In this document: piece by piece, positions 26,310-38,623 of the stretch
Layout: the number at the start of each line of letters is the position of its first letter
Numbering within the stretch: position 1 is the first letter of the stretch
DNA from: Mobula hypostoma
Taxonomy: Eukaryota
Length of the DNA: 64,000 bases
Direction of reading: 5' to 3'
Assembly: GCF_963921235.1 (NCBI RefSeq)
Contig: NC_086099.1
Coordinates: 189,286,001-189,350,000 of the forward strand
The notes under the pieces: generated by a model
Seen by the model: the letters and a program-made list of their open reading frames with translations, nothing else
Database searches by the model: none
Told to the model about the DNA's origin: nothing
Program-made: the position numbers and the translations under genes

Positions 26310-28172
26310 GCTGCTGTTTATTTTATACAGCTCAGCGTTCAACACAATCATATCCTCAATTCAACAACCTCCAAACTCTGGGCCTCTGTACCTCCCTCTG
26401 AAATGGATCCTCAACTTCCTCACTGGGAGACCAAAGTCAGTGCGGATCAGAAATCTCCTCCTCACCGACAATCAACACTGACACACCTCAAGGATGTGTG
26501 CTTAGCCCATTGCTCTACTCTCTCTACATCCACAACTGTGTGGCTAGGCACAGATTAAGCGACTTGTTGACGACACCTCTATTGTTGGCAGAATTTCAGA
26601 TGGTGACGAGGAGGTGTAAACGGGCAAAATAAATTAGCTGGTTGAAGAGGTGCAGTCGACGTTTCAGGCCGAGACCCTTCGTCAGGACTAACTGAAGGAA
26701 GAATTCCCGTTGTGAGCTGGTTGAGTGGTGTTTCAGCAACAACCTCACACTCAACATCAGACCAAGGAGTTGATTGTGGGCTTCAGGAAAGAGAAGTCGA
26801 GGGAACACACACCAGTCCTCATCGAAGAATCAGAATGGAAAGGGTGAGCAGTTTCAAGTTCTTGGGTGTCAACATCTCTGAGGATCTATCTTGGATCCAA
26901 GATATTGACGCAATTAGATTTTTAGATTATGAAGACACGCAGTCCTATTTTTATTGTCATTTGGTAATGCATGCATTAAGAAATGATACAATATTTCCTC
27001 CCGTGTGATATCACAAAACACAGGACAGACCAAGCCTGAAAAACTGACAAAACCACATAATTATAACATATAGTTACAACAGTGCAACAATACCATAACT
27101 TGATGAAGAAGTCCGTGAGCACAGTAAAAGTTCAGTCTCTCAAATGTCCCACATCTCACGCAGACGGGAGAAGGAAGAACTCTCCCTGCCATGCCGACCA
27201 CAGTTCGACTGTGAGTCATCTGAAAACTTCAAGCTCTGATCAGCTCTCTGACACCGAGTACTGAGCGCCATCTCTGTCCAAACGATTCGACCTCAATCTC
27301 GGTCGCCAACAGCAGGCAAAGCCGGGGATTTTCAGGCCTACTCTCCGAAAGATTCCCGACCACGAAGTAATGACAGCAGCGAACGAGCAATTTCTCCAGA
27401 TGTTCCTCTGTACTTTCACATCCCTCTCCATCAAATCAGAATTGTCCACGGCCCCTATTCAACAGATACGATATCATTTTCACCGGAGGACTGCGCACGC
27501 GCGGTGCGCTGCTCTCTGTCCTCCCGCCTTCGTGTTTGGAAGACACGACAGCAGCTATATTGCATTAGGTGTTTGAGAAGAATTGGTATGTCACGAAAGA
27601 CGCTTGCAAATTTCTACAGATGTACAATGGAGAGCATTCTAGTTGATTGCATCACCACCTAGTATGGAGGAGCCACTGCACAGGATCAGAAAAAAGCTGC
27701 AGAAAGTTTCAAACACAGCCAGCTCTATCGTGGGCACAAACCTCGCTAGCCCTAAGGACAAATTCAAGAGGCAGCATCCATCATTAAGGACCCCCATCAC
27801 CCAGGATGTGCCCTCTTCTTATTGCTACCACCAAGGAAGAGGTATAGGAGACTAAAGATACACATTCAGTGTTTCAGGAACAGCTTCTACCCCTCCTCCA
27901 TCAGATTTCTGAATGGACAATGACCCCATGAACACCACCTCGGTATTTCAGTCCCACTCTTTTTGCACTACACTAACTGTATATTCATTTCCATAGATGC
28001 TGCCTGACCTGCTGAGTTCCTCCAGCCTTTTTTGTACATTGTTTTGGATTTCCAGCATCTGCAGACATTCTCATGATAGTAATTCATAGTTTTTAATTAT
28101 GTATTACAATGTACTGCTGCTGTAAAATAACAACTTCCATGACATATGCCAGTGATGTTAAACCTAATTCTG
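26310..28172 (+). mobile_element. Rex1/Babar-type LINE remnant carrying several nested inserts
   Basis: PQGCVLSPLLYSL and ERVSSFKFLGVNISEDLSW motifs. Inserts at 26646-26714, ~26915-27530 and ~27980-28075. Confidence 0.75.
26654..26689 (-). ncRNA. Minimal type I hammerhead ribozyme (Penelope-type) with intact core
   Basis: Minus strand reads AGUC-CUGACGA-A-GGGU(CUCG)GCCU-GAAA-C-GUC/GACU: stem I AGUC:GACU, CUGANGA and GAAA boxes, GUC cleavage triplet, palindromic ACGU stem III. Confidence 0.8.
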
Positions 28173-28249
28173 ACTGATTCAGAAATAATCCAGAAATTAC
28201 AAATTTGGAGGTCTTCCTTTCAAATCAGATAGCCAGCTCCTTAAATTAA

Positions 28250-28870
28250 CTAAGAAACACTGAAAACCTACAGCACAATACAGGCCCTTCAGCCCACAAA
28301 ACTGTCCCTACCTTAGAAATTACTAGGCTTACCTTTAGGCCCTCTATTTTACTAAGCTTGATGTACCTATCTAATAGCCTCTTAAAAGACCCTATCATAT
28401 CCGCCTCCACCACTGTTGCCGGCAGCCCATTCCACACACTCACCATGCCACATTTCAGAGTGGCATCTCCTCTGTACCTACTCCCCAGCACCTTAAACCT
28501 GTGTCCTCTTGTGGCAACCATTTCAGCCCTGGGAAAAAGCCTCTGACCATCCACATGATCAATGCCTCTCATCATCTTAAACACCTCTATCAAGTCACCT
28601 CTCATACTCCTTCGCTCCAAGGAGAAAAGGCCAAGTTCACTCAACCTATTCTCATAAGGCATGCTTCCCAGTCCAGGCAGCATCCTTGTAAATCTCCTCT
28701 GCACCCTTTCTATAGCTTCCACATCCTTCCTGTAGTGAGGCGACCAGAACTGAGCACAGTACTCCAAGTGGGGTCTGACCAGGGTCCTATATAGCTGCAA
28801 CATTACCTCTTGGCTCCTAAATTCAATTCCACGATTGATGAAGGCCAATACACCATACGCCTTCTTAATC
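28250..28870 (-). mobile_element. CR1 LINE 3' fragment
   Basis: ORF 28246..28965: KKAYGVLAFINRGIEFRSQEVMLQLYRTLVRPHLEYCAQFWSPHY. Confidence 0.9.
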
Positions 28871-29774
28871 ACAGACTTGCAGGACCTCATCGTTCTTAGT
28901 ATCAATGTGAACCAGAACCATCCCAACTGTTTGTCCCTCAACTGCAGATTCACTTCTGCAGCCACTGAAACACTTGCCTGCTTCCCAGTTACAAGATCTT
29001 TTAGCGTGTATTTTCATCCAAGACATGGATATAAACTGTAAATTGCTGAGAGTCTAGCACTAATTCTGTTACACCTCAGATCTGTCAACCCAAATATGAC
29101 TCATTTACTGGGTTTAAAACGTGCCTCTGTTGGCCCCTGCCCTTCCTTCTTATATTTGTTTGAACAACACCAATAGAAGGCTTTTTTTAAAGAGACCACC
29201 AGATAATAGGCACTTGTCCACAAAGTCAGAGCCCCTTCCCTTTACAAATACCAACTAAGGCCGCCGCTTTTCACTTATATTTTAGATTTATAATAGTATT
29301 ACCCTCCATTTATTTCAAGGATCCTTGTCGGTTGTTACTCTCAAGGCGGCATATCAACAATGACAGTCTGACAACGAGTTTTAACAACTTTGATTTTTTT
29401 CTCATCTTGACATTTCTAGTCATCTTTTCAGAACTGCAAACAACATCGTGTTTTTTTCATAATCCCTTTCATTCCATTAGCAGCAGTGTTTTAAAAATCC
29501 ACAACGAATAGTATTTAAAGCAAATGTTACGCACGAAAACAACATGTAGTGTACCTGATGATACTGTGAAGCTTTGTGTCCAAGTAAAAATTCTACAACT
29601 ATTTCTGCTCAAACCCTGAAACATGCCCAAACATGACTAAATGTCAGCAGAAAATGGCAGTCTCTATACAGTACGCACACAAACAACACCGAATAAACAT
29701 AACGTGGCTCATTCACTCTTGATTACAGTAAACCTCTAGCCGCCGTGTTTCACCCGGCCAGATCCAGTACTTGC

Positions 29775-29960
29775 CTTGACAGCATAGAGTTTATTGTCAT
29801 TGCGTTTTTTCCGAGCCAGGTACACTTTGCCGAACGCCCCGCGGCTGATGGGTTTGATGATAATGAAGTCCTCGATGCTGGGGGCTGCCGGCACCTTTAT
29901 CGCCTTCACGTCTCGGTAGGGGGTGGCAGGGCAAGCACCACCGTTACCTGGAGCCTCCAT
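29775..29960 (-). CDS. MASTL: MASTL/Greatwall kinase coding exon 1 (aa 1-62)
   Basis: MEAPG...[36 protein letters not shown] contains the Gly-rich loop and the VAIK-type Lys62. 186 nt, ending phase 0 at AAG|gcaagt (GC donor). Confidence 0.95.
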
Positions 29961-30330
29961 GTCCCAGTCGGCTCCGGCAGACCATCCCCCGGGTTCCAGC
30001 GGGACACAGGCCAGGACAGGACGCGTTCCCGGCCCGAGCCGCGGCCGCCCTTCAAAACTGGTTCGAAATTGCCGCTGGGGTCCTTCGCCAAACGGTTTAA
30101 AAACTCCCGTTGACTTGGCGCTTTGGTTAAGTTGTCGGGCTGGAATAGAGACTCAAAATTAATGAAGGGTTGCGATTCAAGGACGGGGTCGTCACTTTTA
30201 TATTATTATTATTTTTTAGTTTCTCTCTCGGCCTCGTGTTTTTGAGACATGCAATCAGGCACAGCTGAAGCTCCTTTATTGGGTCCTGGAGGCGAGCCGG
30301 AGACTGATGGAGTCGTTATGGGTTGGGCCT
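29961..30330 (-). promoter_or_regulatory. MASTL CpG-rich 5'UTR/promoter with CDE/CHR-like, E2F-like and CCAAT elements
   Basis: On the - strand: TTTGAA (30051-30056); AGCGG-n4-TTCGAA (30062-30076); TTTGGCG (30086-30092); ACGGG-n4-TTTAAA (30096-30110); CCAAT (30278-30282). High CpG density. Confidence 0.6.
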
Positions 30331-31419
30331 GATTATTTACCTTACCAAAAGCTGTGGGCTTGTGTTAACGGCGATGCGGGAAGGTGGTCCAACAGGTTCG
30401 AGCAGTTCTCAATCAGGAGCTACAGCAATAGAGCACTGGGCTGATGCGGCGAAGTTTCCTCTCTCTAGCTGGATTTGTGTTAACTACCCAGTGCAACTTT
30501 GGAACAGACTCGCTAGCGCTTGTGCAAGCCTTTAAAGCATATGCATCCACAGAATTGTTAAATTGTTGACGTTTAGACAAAATAAGTGTAATAAATTCTT
30601 CATCCTCAGGTACCTGTCCTCTTCTCATTCCTGTTTTCGCGTAGAGGGCCCCAGATTTCAACAGTTGACTGTAGTAGTTGCAGAATCCGTGACAGTGCTT
30701 GGAGCCAGGAAAGATGCAGACGTTGGAATGTGGAGCATTATTGATGCTCCATATTGCTGTTTTGAGTTTTCTGGCCATATATACTTTTTCAAAGCCTCTC
30801 ACCAGTTTGAAAACGCTTAATTTCAATCTGAAGACGCCGGAAAAGCTCAATAGATCAGATGGCACGTGTGGAGAGAGAACCAAACTTTACATTTCAGGTT
30901 ATTGATTTGATTCTCTCTCTACAAGTTATATTAATCCTTGCCATTTTGATTATTCTGTTAAATTTCATATAATTTTCAGTTTTTATTTCATCTACCCATG
31001 TGCAAAGTCTGTTTAGATCATTGTAGGAGTTTCTCTGTGGGTTGTTTCCAGCATTCTCGTTGCAATGTGAATGTAAGGTATAGATTTCTAGTAGTTACAG
31101 AAAATAACATGTGATAGTGCCTCAAAAATTGAATATTAAAAAAATGAAGAGAATTAAATCTGTAGTTTTTACATGTTGCCAGCCTCTCTTCTAACCATGT
31201 CTGTCATTCCTAATGATCACATCTTTCTCAGGTCATCAATGACCATGAATTTTTTTCAGTGTATGCACTTGATGTTGAGCTGTGCTATTGAATGAGGCAA
31301 GTACCGAAGACTGCAGTCTGAGTTATCCACCTGTTTCAAGCAGAATTCAATTATACGGGTGCCGAAGAAGAACGTGGTAACCTGTCTCAGTAACTATCAA
31401 TGATGATGTGTTTTGAGAG

Positions 31420-32829
31420 GTTGGTTGGTGGATCCTGCGACTTGGATCCACTCCAATTTGCCTGCTGGAACAACAGGTCCACAGCATCTGGACAGCAAAG
31501 ATGCATACATCAGGATGCTTTTTATTGACAGTTCAGCATTCAATACTATCATCACTTCAAAACTAATCAATAAGCTCCTAGATCTTGGCCTCAATACCTC
31601 CATGTGCAATTGGGTCCTCAACTTCCTAACTTGCAGACCCCAGTCAGTTCAGATTGGCAACAGCACCTCCTCTACAATCTCCATCAGCGCAGGTGCACCA
31701 CAAAAAGTTTAACTCCCTGATCTACACACTTTACACTGATGACTGTGAGGCTAAGCACAGCTCCAATGCCATATTTAAGTTTGCTGACGGTTCAACACAG
31801 AGGAGGGAGAGTGCAAATCTGGCAGAGTGGTGCCATAACAACAACCTCTTACTCAGTCAGCAAGACCAAGGAGTTGATTATTGTCTTCAGGAGAATGAAA
31901 CCAGAGGTCCATGAGCTAGTCCTCATCGGAGGATCAGAGGTGGAGAAGGTTAACAGCTTTAAATTCTTCAGTGTTATTATTTTGTCCTGGGCTCATCATG
32001 TAAGTGCAATTAGGAAGAAAGCACTGCAGCGGCTCTACTTCCTCAGGCTTTGTAGAGATTCAGCATGACATCTAGAACTTTGACAAACTGTAAATGGATA
32101 TGTGGTGGAGAGTATATTGATGGGAGGCATCACAGCCTGGTATGGAAACACCAATGTCCTCGAATGGAAAATACAAAAAGTAGTGGATAAGGCCCAGTCC
32201 ATCACGGGTAAAGCTCTCCCCATCATTGAGCGCATCTACATGAAACGTTGTCAAAGAAAAGCAGCATCCATTGTCGGACCCCCACGAAGGGTCTCGGCCT
32301 GAAACGTCGACTGTACCTCTTCCTAGAGATGCTGCCTGGCCTGCTGCGTTCACCAGCAACTTTGATGTGTGTTGCTTGAATTTCCAGCATCTGCAGAATT
32401 CCTGTTGTTTCCATCCAGGACATGTTCTTTTCTCACTGCTGTCATCAGGAAAATGGTGCAGCACCCTCAGGACTCAGACCACCAGGTTCAGGAACAGTTA
32501 TTTCCCCTCAACCATCAGGTTCTTGAACCAAAGCGTTAACTTCGCTCACCCCAACACTGAAATTTTCCCACAACCTATGGACTCACTTTTAAGTACTCTA
32601 CATCCCAAGTTCTCGATACTTATTGTTTATTTATTTAAATTATTCTTTCTTTCTTTTTGTATTTGCAGTTAGTTGTCTTTTGCACACTGGTTGAATGCCC
32701 AAGTTGGTGCAGTCTTTCATTGATTCTATTATGGTTATTATTCTATTATGGATTATGGAGTATGTCTGCAAGAAAATGAATCTTGGGGTTGTATATGGCG
32801 ACATATATGTACTTTGATAATCAATTTAC
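31420..32829 (+). mobile_element. Rex1/Babar-type LINE; its tail is split by the L1 and it carries a Penelope pLTR insert (~32285-32410)
   Basis: [14 protein letters not shown]...[15 protein letters not shown] and KKALQRLYFL; the tail resumes as tttgaactttg at 38631. Confidence 0.8.
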
Positions 32830-35800
32830 GGGGACTCCTCCTGCTGCCTAATGGAGTGACACACATTTTGTGTGGCTGTGTTTAATTCTTCCTTTTCCCC
32901 AGTTTAAACTCTGAATTTTTAACTTTTATTTGTCGGATTTTAGAGGGGAATAGTTGTTATTATGTCACGATCTTTAAGAAGTGGAAAGCAGCTCTCTGAA
33001 TCCAGCAATGGAAAGGGAAAAACTTCGAAAGAAAAATCAGAGGATATGCCTGTTTGGACTGAGCGTTTAGAACATGCGTTGATGGCTCTCGATAAGAAAA
33101 TAGATGATAACACTTCTGAGATGAAGATGTTTTGACAGAGTTTTCATTTTGTAGAGGAAAGTATTATTTCCTTGAATTCTAAAGAGTCAAAGCGTCAGCG
33201 GATAATTCAGCCCGCTTGGAACAGTCTCAATGCAAGATTATCGATCTGGAAGCAAGATCTCGTTGGAATAACATTTGAATTGTTGGACTGAAGGAAGGAT
33301 CTGAGAGTGGGGATTTATTGGACTATTTTGCTAATTTGTTTCAATCTCTGTTTCTGGATATTTTACCTCGGCCTCCTGATATTGAAAGAGCGCATAGAAT
33401 TTTCACTTCGAAATTTCAAGATCCGAATAAACCAAGGTTAATTTGTTTCAAAGTAAAAGACCAAAGCGTGAAATATGCAAGGAAACAGAGTTTTTAAATT
33501 CAAGGGTTCCGAGATTTGTTTTTATATAAAGATTATCCACAGGAAGTTATGGAACAGCGGTTCAAATTTGTTCCAGCTATAAAGATAGCCTATGATAAGG
33601 GATTATTCCCATCACTTTGCTATCCAGCCCAATTAAAATTATTTCCTAAAGATTCGACTCCACGTGTTTTTCTGGATCCAAAGCGGCATTCAACTGTGTT
33701 AATTCTATTTTGGGGTGGCCGAGGTTTGAATGGCATTAGGTCTGCTGAATGATGTAATTTTCTGAAAGAAAACAAGCTTTGAAGATTTCTGATATGTTGA
33801 AGATGTCCTTTGATCGATGGACCATTTAAAGAAGATGTGAACTTGATTTGACTGATGAATGACTTTTCCGAAATCTGTTTGGTGTACTGAGTGAATTAAC
33901 ACTGCAGACAGATTGTTAACTGGTTTGATTATTTGTTTCTATCCTTCCTTTTCTTCATGAATTAAGTGATAGTTTTCATTGTTTATAAGGGCTTTTTCTT
34001 TTATATATAGTGAGGGGTGCTTAGTAGATGGATAATTAGTTTGTTTTTCTTCTTATTGGGCATGTAAGTCAAATGGATAATGGCGCCGATTTTTCTTCGT
34101 TGGAGATTACATAGACATTTCTCTTTTTGTTTTATTGTTTTGACGTCTTTGGAGATTGTTTTTGCATTCCCCAGTTTATTTTTAACGATTAAGTATAAAC
34201 ATCTTTTTTTTCCTCTGCAGGGCTTTCTTATTTTAGGGCCATGTGTAATTTTTTTGTAAATGGTGGTGGGGGGGGGGAAGGAAATTAAGGAAAACTTTTA
34301 AAATTACTATTATAAAATGGGCAGCTCGCGGAGTCCTGTTTCTTTTTTCTGTTTCTATGGGGACACATTCCGGTCTTTTCTTTGCCGCATTTCTGGCTTT
34401 TGGGGTGGTGGGAGGATTGGGGTTAGTTTTGAGTTACAGGATTCATTGTAGGATCAATTTTAATTTTTTTTTTTAATTGTATTTTTTCCCATTACGGAGT
34501 TCTGGAGCATGCATGTTTTGTATATGGTTATACTTATCACGGCCGTTTTTGTTTAGCCCACGTTGGTATGCGTGTATTTATGGGTTAAAAAATATTTTGT
34601 GGTAGCTAAACAGATAAACGTTATTAGTTGGAACGTATGTGGCTTGAATCATCCTATTAAGCGAAAGAAGACTTTCAGAATTATTAATCGATTCTAACCC
34701 GATACAATTTTTGCTCAAGAAACGCATATCAGAACGGGCGATCAAAGTAGATATTTTAAAATGTGGAAGGGCCTTCAATATCATGCCACTTGTCAAAATA
34801 AAACAAAGGGAGTATCTGTTTTTATTAAATCTAATATTCTATTTATCCAAGAAGACATTGTGTCAGATACTAATGGTAGGTTTTTAATTGTCAAAGGAAC
34901 AATTTGTAGTAGAAAAATTTTCCTGGTTAATCTATATGGACCTAATGTAGATGATCCTTTTTTTATTTGGATTATTGCCGTATTTAAATGAATATATGTT
35001 GTTAATGGGTGGTGATTTTAACTGTTGTTTAAATCCTTTGATTGACAAGAGTTCAACCAATCAGTGGCTTCTGAGTTGTTCGGCATCACTTATTAACTCA
35101 TTTTTTATCGATTATGGCCTGCTTGAAATTTGCAGACATCTACATCCTAATGACAGAGATTATTCTTTTTATTCACATGTTCACAAAAAAATTCGAGAAT
35201 CGATTATTTTATAGTTGATTTCTGATTTTTGTCCAGAAACATCCAGAAATGTGAATATGATGCTATCGTTGTTTCTGATCATGTGCCTTTAAGCTTAGCT
35301 TTTGAATTGAATGATGTCGGTGTTGCAAATTTGCCTTGGCGTTTTCCAGAAAATTTATTACAGAGTTCGGACTTTGTCAAATTTATTGAGACTCAAATAA
35401 AAGATTTTTTTCTATTTAACAATACGGAAGATGTGTCGAAATTGATTATATGGGATACATTTAAAAGCATATTTGCGCGGTCAGATAATCTATATTTAGC
35501 TAAGCTTAAGAAACAGACAAAAATAGAGTTAGGTAAGATTTCAAAACAAATTAAAGACTTGGATAATATTTATGCAATCTCTGCTAATATTGATTTATAA
35601 ACAAAGGGTTGAACTCTAATCACAATATAATTTACTATTAACGTATCCTATTGAAAGAAATTTGCTTAAATTGAAAAGTCAATTTTATGTGTTTGGAGAT
35701 AAAAATAATAAGCTATTAGCACCTCAATTAGAAGCAGCTAGAGCCAAAAGACAAATTTTAAAAATTTGTAAGGGAGATGGTAGTTTAGCTTGTAATTATG

Positions 35801-38623
35801 AAGACATCAATAAAATTTTTCAAGACTTTTACATTGAACTTTATAAATCTCAGTTTCCAGCTGATCCTTCTAAAATGAATGCCTTTTTACAAAAGATTGA
35901 TTTTCCTAGAATTTCTGTTGAAGATCAACAAACTCTTGATATTCCTATTACTGAAAAAGAAATTCAGAAAGCTATTTTTTCAATGCAATCTGGTAAAGCT
36001 CCTGGATTGGATGGTTATTCTTTAGGATTTTATAAAAATTTTGAAAAATTGCTTTCTCCATATATGTTGGAAACGCTTAAAGATTCTTTTTTGATAGGAG
36101 AGTTACCTCCCACATTTTATGAAGCTTCTATTTCTTCAATTCTTAAGGAAGATAAAGACCCTACTGACTGCACTTCATATAGACCTATTTCCTTATTAAA
36201 CGTGGATGCTAAAATTCTTTCAAGAATAATGGCTAATCGACTGGAGAATATTCTAGCTAAAATTATCTCTCAGGACCAAACAGGTTTTGTAAAGGGCTGT
36301 TATTCCTTCTCTAATACTCAGAGACTGTAAAATGTTATATACTCATCCTTTTCTAAGACTCCCCAAGGTGTTGTTTGTTTTGATGCTGAAAAGGCATTTG
36401 ACAGAATTGAATGGAAATACTTATTTAACATTTTAGAGAAATCCAACTTTGGTATTAATTTTAATGTGGATTAGAATGATATATAAAAGCCCTATTGCTA
36501 CTGTTATTAATAATTTTAGATCTTTTTTTTTGACTCTCGTGGGGTACGAGACAAGGATGTCCGTTAAAGACCCGTTATTTAATTTGGTGTTGGAACCCTT
36601 GGCCATTGCACTTCGTGAAGCCAAAGATATCTATGGAATTTCCATAAATGGGACTATTCATAAGATCTCCCTTTGCTGATGCTTAGATTATGTTTCAAAT
36701 CCTGAAGAATCTATTCCTAGTTTATTGAAATTATTAAATGAATTTGGAAAGTTTTCGGGATATAAACAAAACCTTCATAAAAGTGAATTTATTTCCTCTA
36801 AATGATTCTGCTTCTATTATATGATGACATTCCTTTTAAAGTTACGGACTCTTTTAAATATTTAGGTATTATTATGACCAAAAATCGCAGAGACCCTTAT
36901 AGAGCTAATTTGGTTCCTTCAGTGGATTTTATAAAGCAATTATTTTGTAGATGGAATCCACTTACACTTTCGTTAACCGGCCGAATTCATGCAGTTAAAA
37001 TGATGATTTTACCATAATCTTTATATGTATTTCAAAATATTCCTTTTTTTAACTAAGAAGTTTTTTGATCAGGTTGATTCTATTATTTCATCTTTTGTTT
37101 GGAATAATAAAAGACCAAGAATTGGAAGATATCATTTACAAATAAAAAAGGATGGAGGTCTTGCCCTGCCTAATTTCAGAATGTACTATTGGGCTGTTAA
37201 TATATGTTATACGTGTTCTTGGTTATATTGGGCTGATAAAAATGAACAACCACCTTGGGCTGATTTGGAATTTGAAAGCTCTGAAACAATTTTATTTAAC
37301 CTTGTTATTAGGAGTTTCTTTACCTGTACAACTGGCCAAAATTTCTAATATAAGTTTATATCCCATGATTAAATTTCATAGCAGTCATTACGAATTTGGT
37401 ACCAGTTTCGTAATTTTTTTAATCTCAAAAAATTTAACCTTCTTAGTTTAATTTATCGAAATTATTTATTTAAACCTTCATTAAGTGATCCTACCTTTCT
37501 TCTGTGGAGGAATATAGGAGTCTTATTCTTTCATGGATCTGTTCCAAGAAGGCCGATTGATGTCTTTTGAGAAATTAGTAACTAAATATTCTCTCTTGTA
37601 CTCACATTTCTTGCAATATCTTCAGGTCAGACATTTCTTACAGGAATATTTAAGTAATTTTCCATATATACATGATTCTGAGCTGTTAGATGTTATTTTA
37701 AAAATGAACTCTTTAGTGAAAGGTTTTATTGGAAAAATTTATAATTTACTGTTACAACAGTACAATTACCCCTCACTTAAGATTAAGCAAGATTGGGAAA
37801 GAGAGCTTAACATGACCTTGATAACAGAAGATTGGTTGCAAATTTTGAAGTTGGTTAACTTTTCTTCGATTTGTGCCAGTCACTCTTTAATTCAATTTAA
37901 AATTGTACATCGTTACTATTTGACAAAGGAAAGACTGTTTAAAATGTTTCCTAATGTTGATAGTCAGTGTGATAGATGTAAAACCGAGACAGCTACATGG
38001 ACACATATGTTTTGGTCGTGCTCTGTATTGAAACATTTTTGGAAATCTATTTTCCCAACAATTTCTAAAGCTTTAAAAATTAATTTACAACCTAATAAAT
38101 TGGAAAGATGCCTCTGCTCCCACTTTGATACCATGGTTTTCTCAGGTGATGCTATGTCTTAGTTTGGAGAAAATCAGAAGTCGAACTTTTGATCCTCGAC
38201 TTGACTGAGAAAAGCTGGGGTTCATTTGCTCATTACTATCATCTGATTTAAGTTAATTATGATGGTTTCCTTCTGATTTTTGCTTAAATGGATTTGAGTT
38301 GGCGGATTGATGTTTTTCTTTTATGAAAGCTTGTATGGCGTATAGCTCCGGGGTTGTGCTCCCAATGGGTTTTTTGGGGGTTTTTTTTGTTAGCAGGTTT
38401 TTTTTGTTTTAGTTAGTAGGGGTTCTTTTTTTCCTTCTTTTTCCTTAAAAATATTCTTAACACTTTATTTTTTCTTATTATTATTGATATATTTTTTAGC
38501 TTTGTTAATCAGGTATTTGTTAATTTAATTCTTCATTGTACATATTGACATGTTGACTTGATTACCTTAATGTTTTTTTTGTTGATCTTCAATAATAATA
38601 AAAAAGATTTTTAAAATGAAATG
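32830..38623 (+). mobile_element. Full-length, decayed L1-clade LINE (5'UTR, ORF1, spacer, ORF2 EN-RT-CCHC, 3'UTR)
   Basis: ORF1 from ~32962 (DLEARSRWNNI*IVGLKEG, IERAHR). ORF2 from ~34600 (SWNVCGLN, QETH, GGDFN, SDH, GKAPGLDG, YRPISLLNVDAKILS, DAEKAFDRIEW, CDRC..ETATWTHMFWSC). TSD AATTTAC at 32823-32829 and 38624-38630. Many stops and frameshifts. Confidence 0.92.

Noticed and set aside
30413-30883. 156-aa minus-strand ORF as an upstream MASTL exon or gene
   Set aside because: It starts at a non-ATG codon in a repeat fragment, has no recognisable domain, and MASTL already has a proper ATG at 29960.
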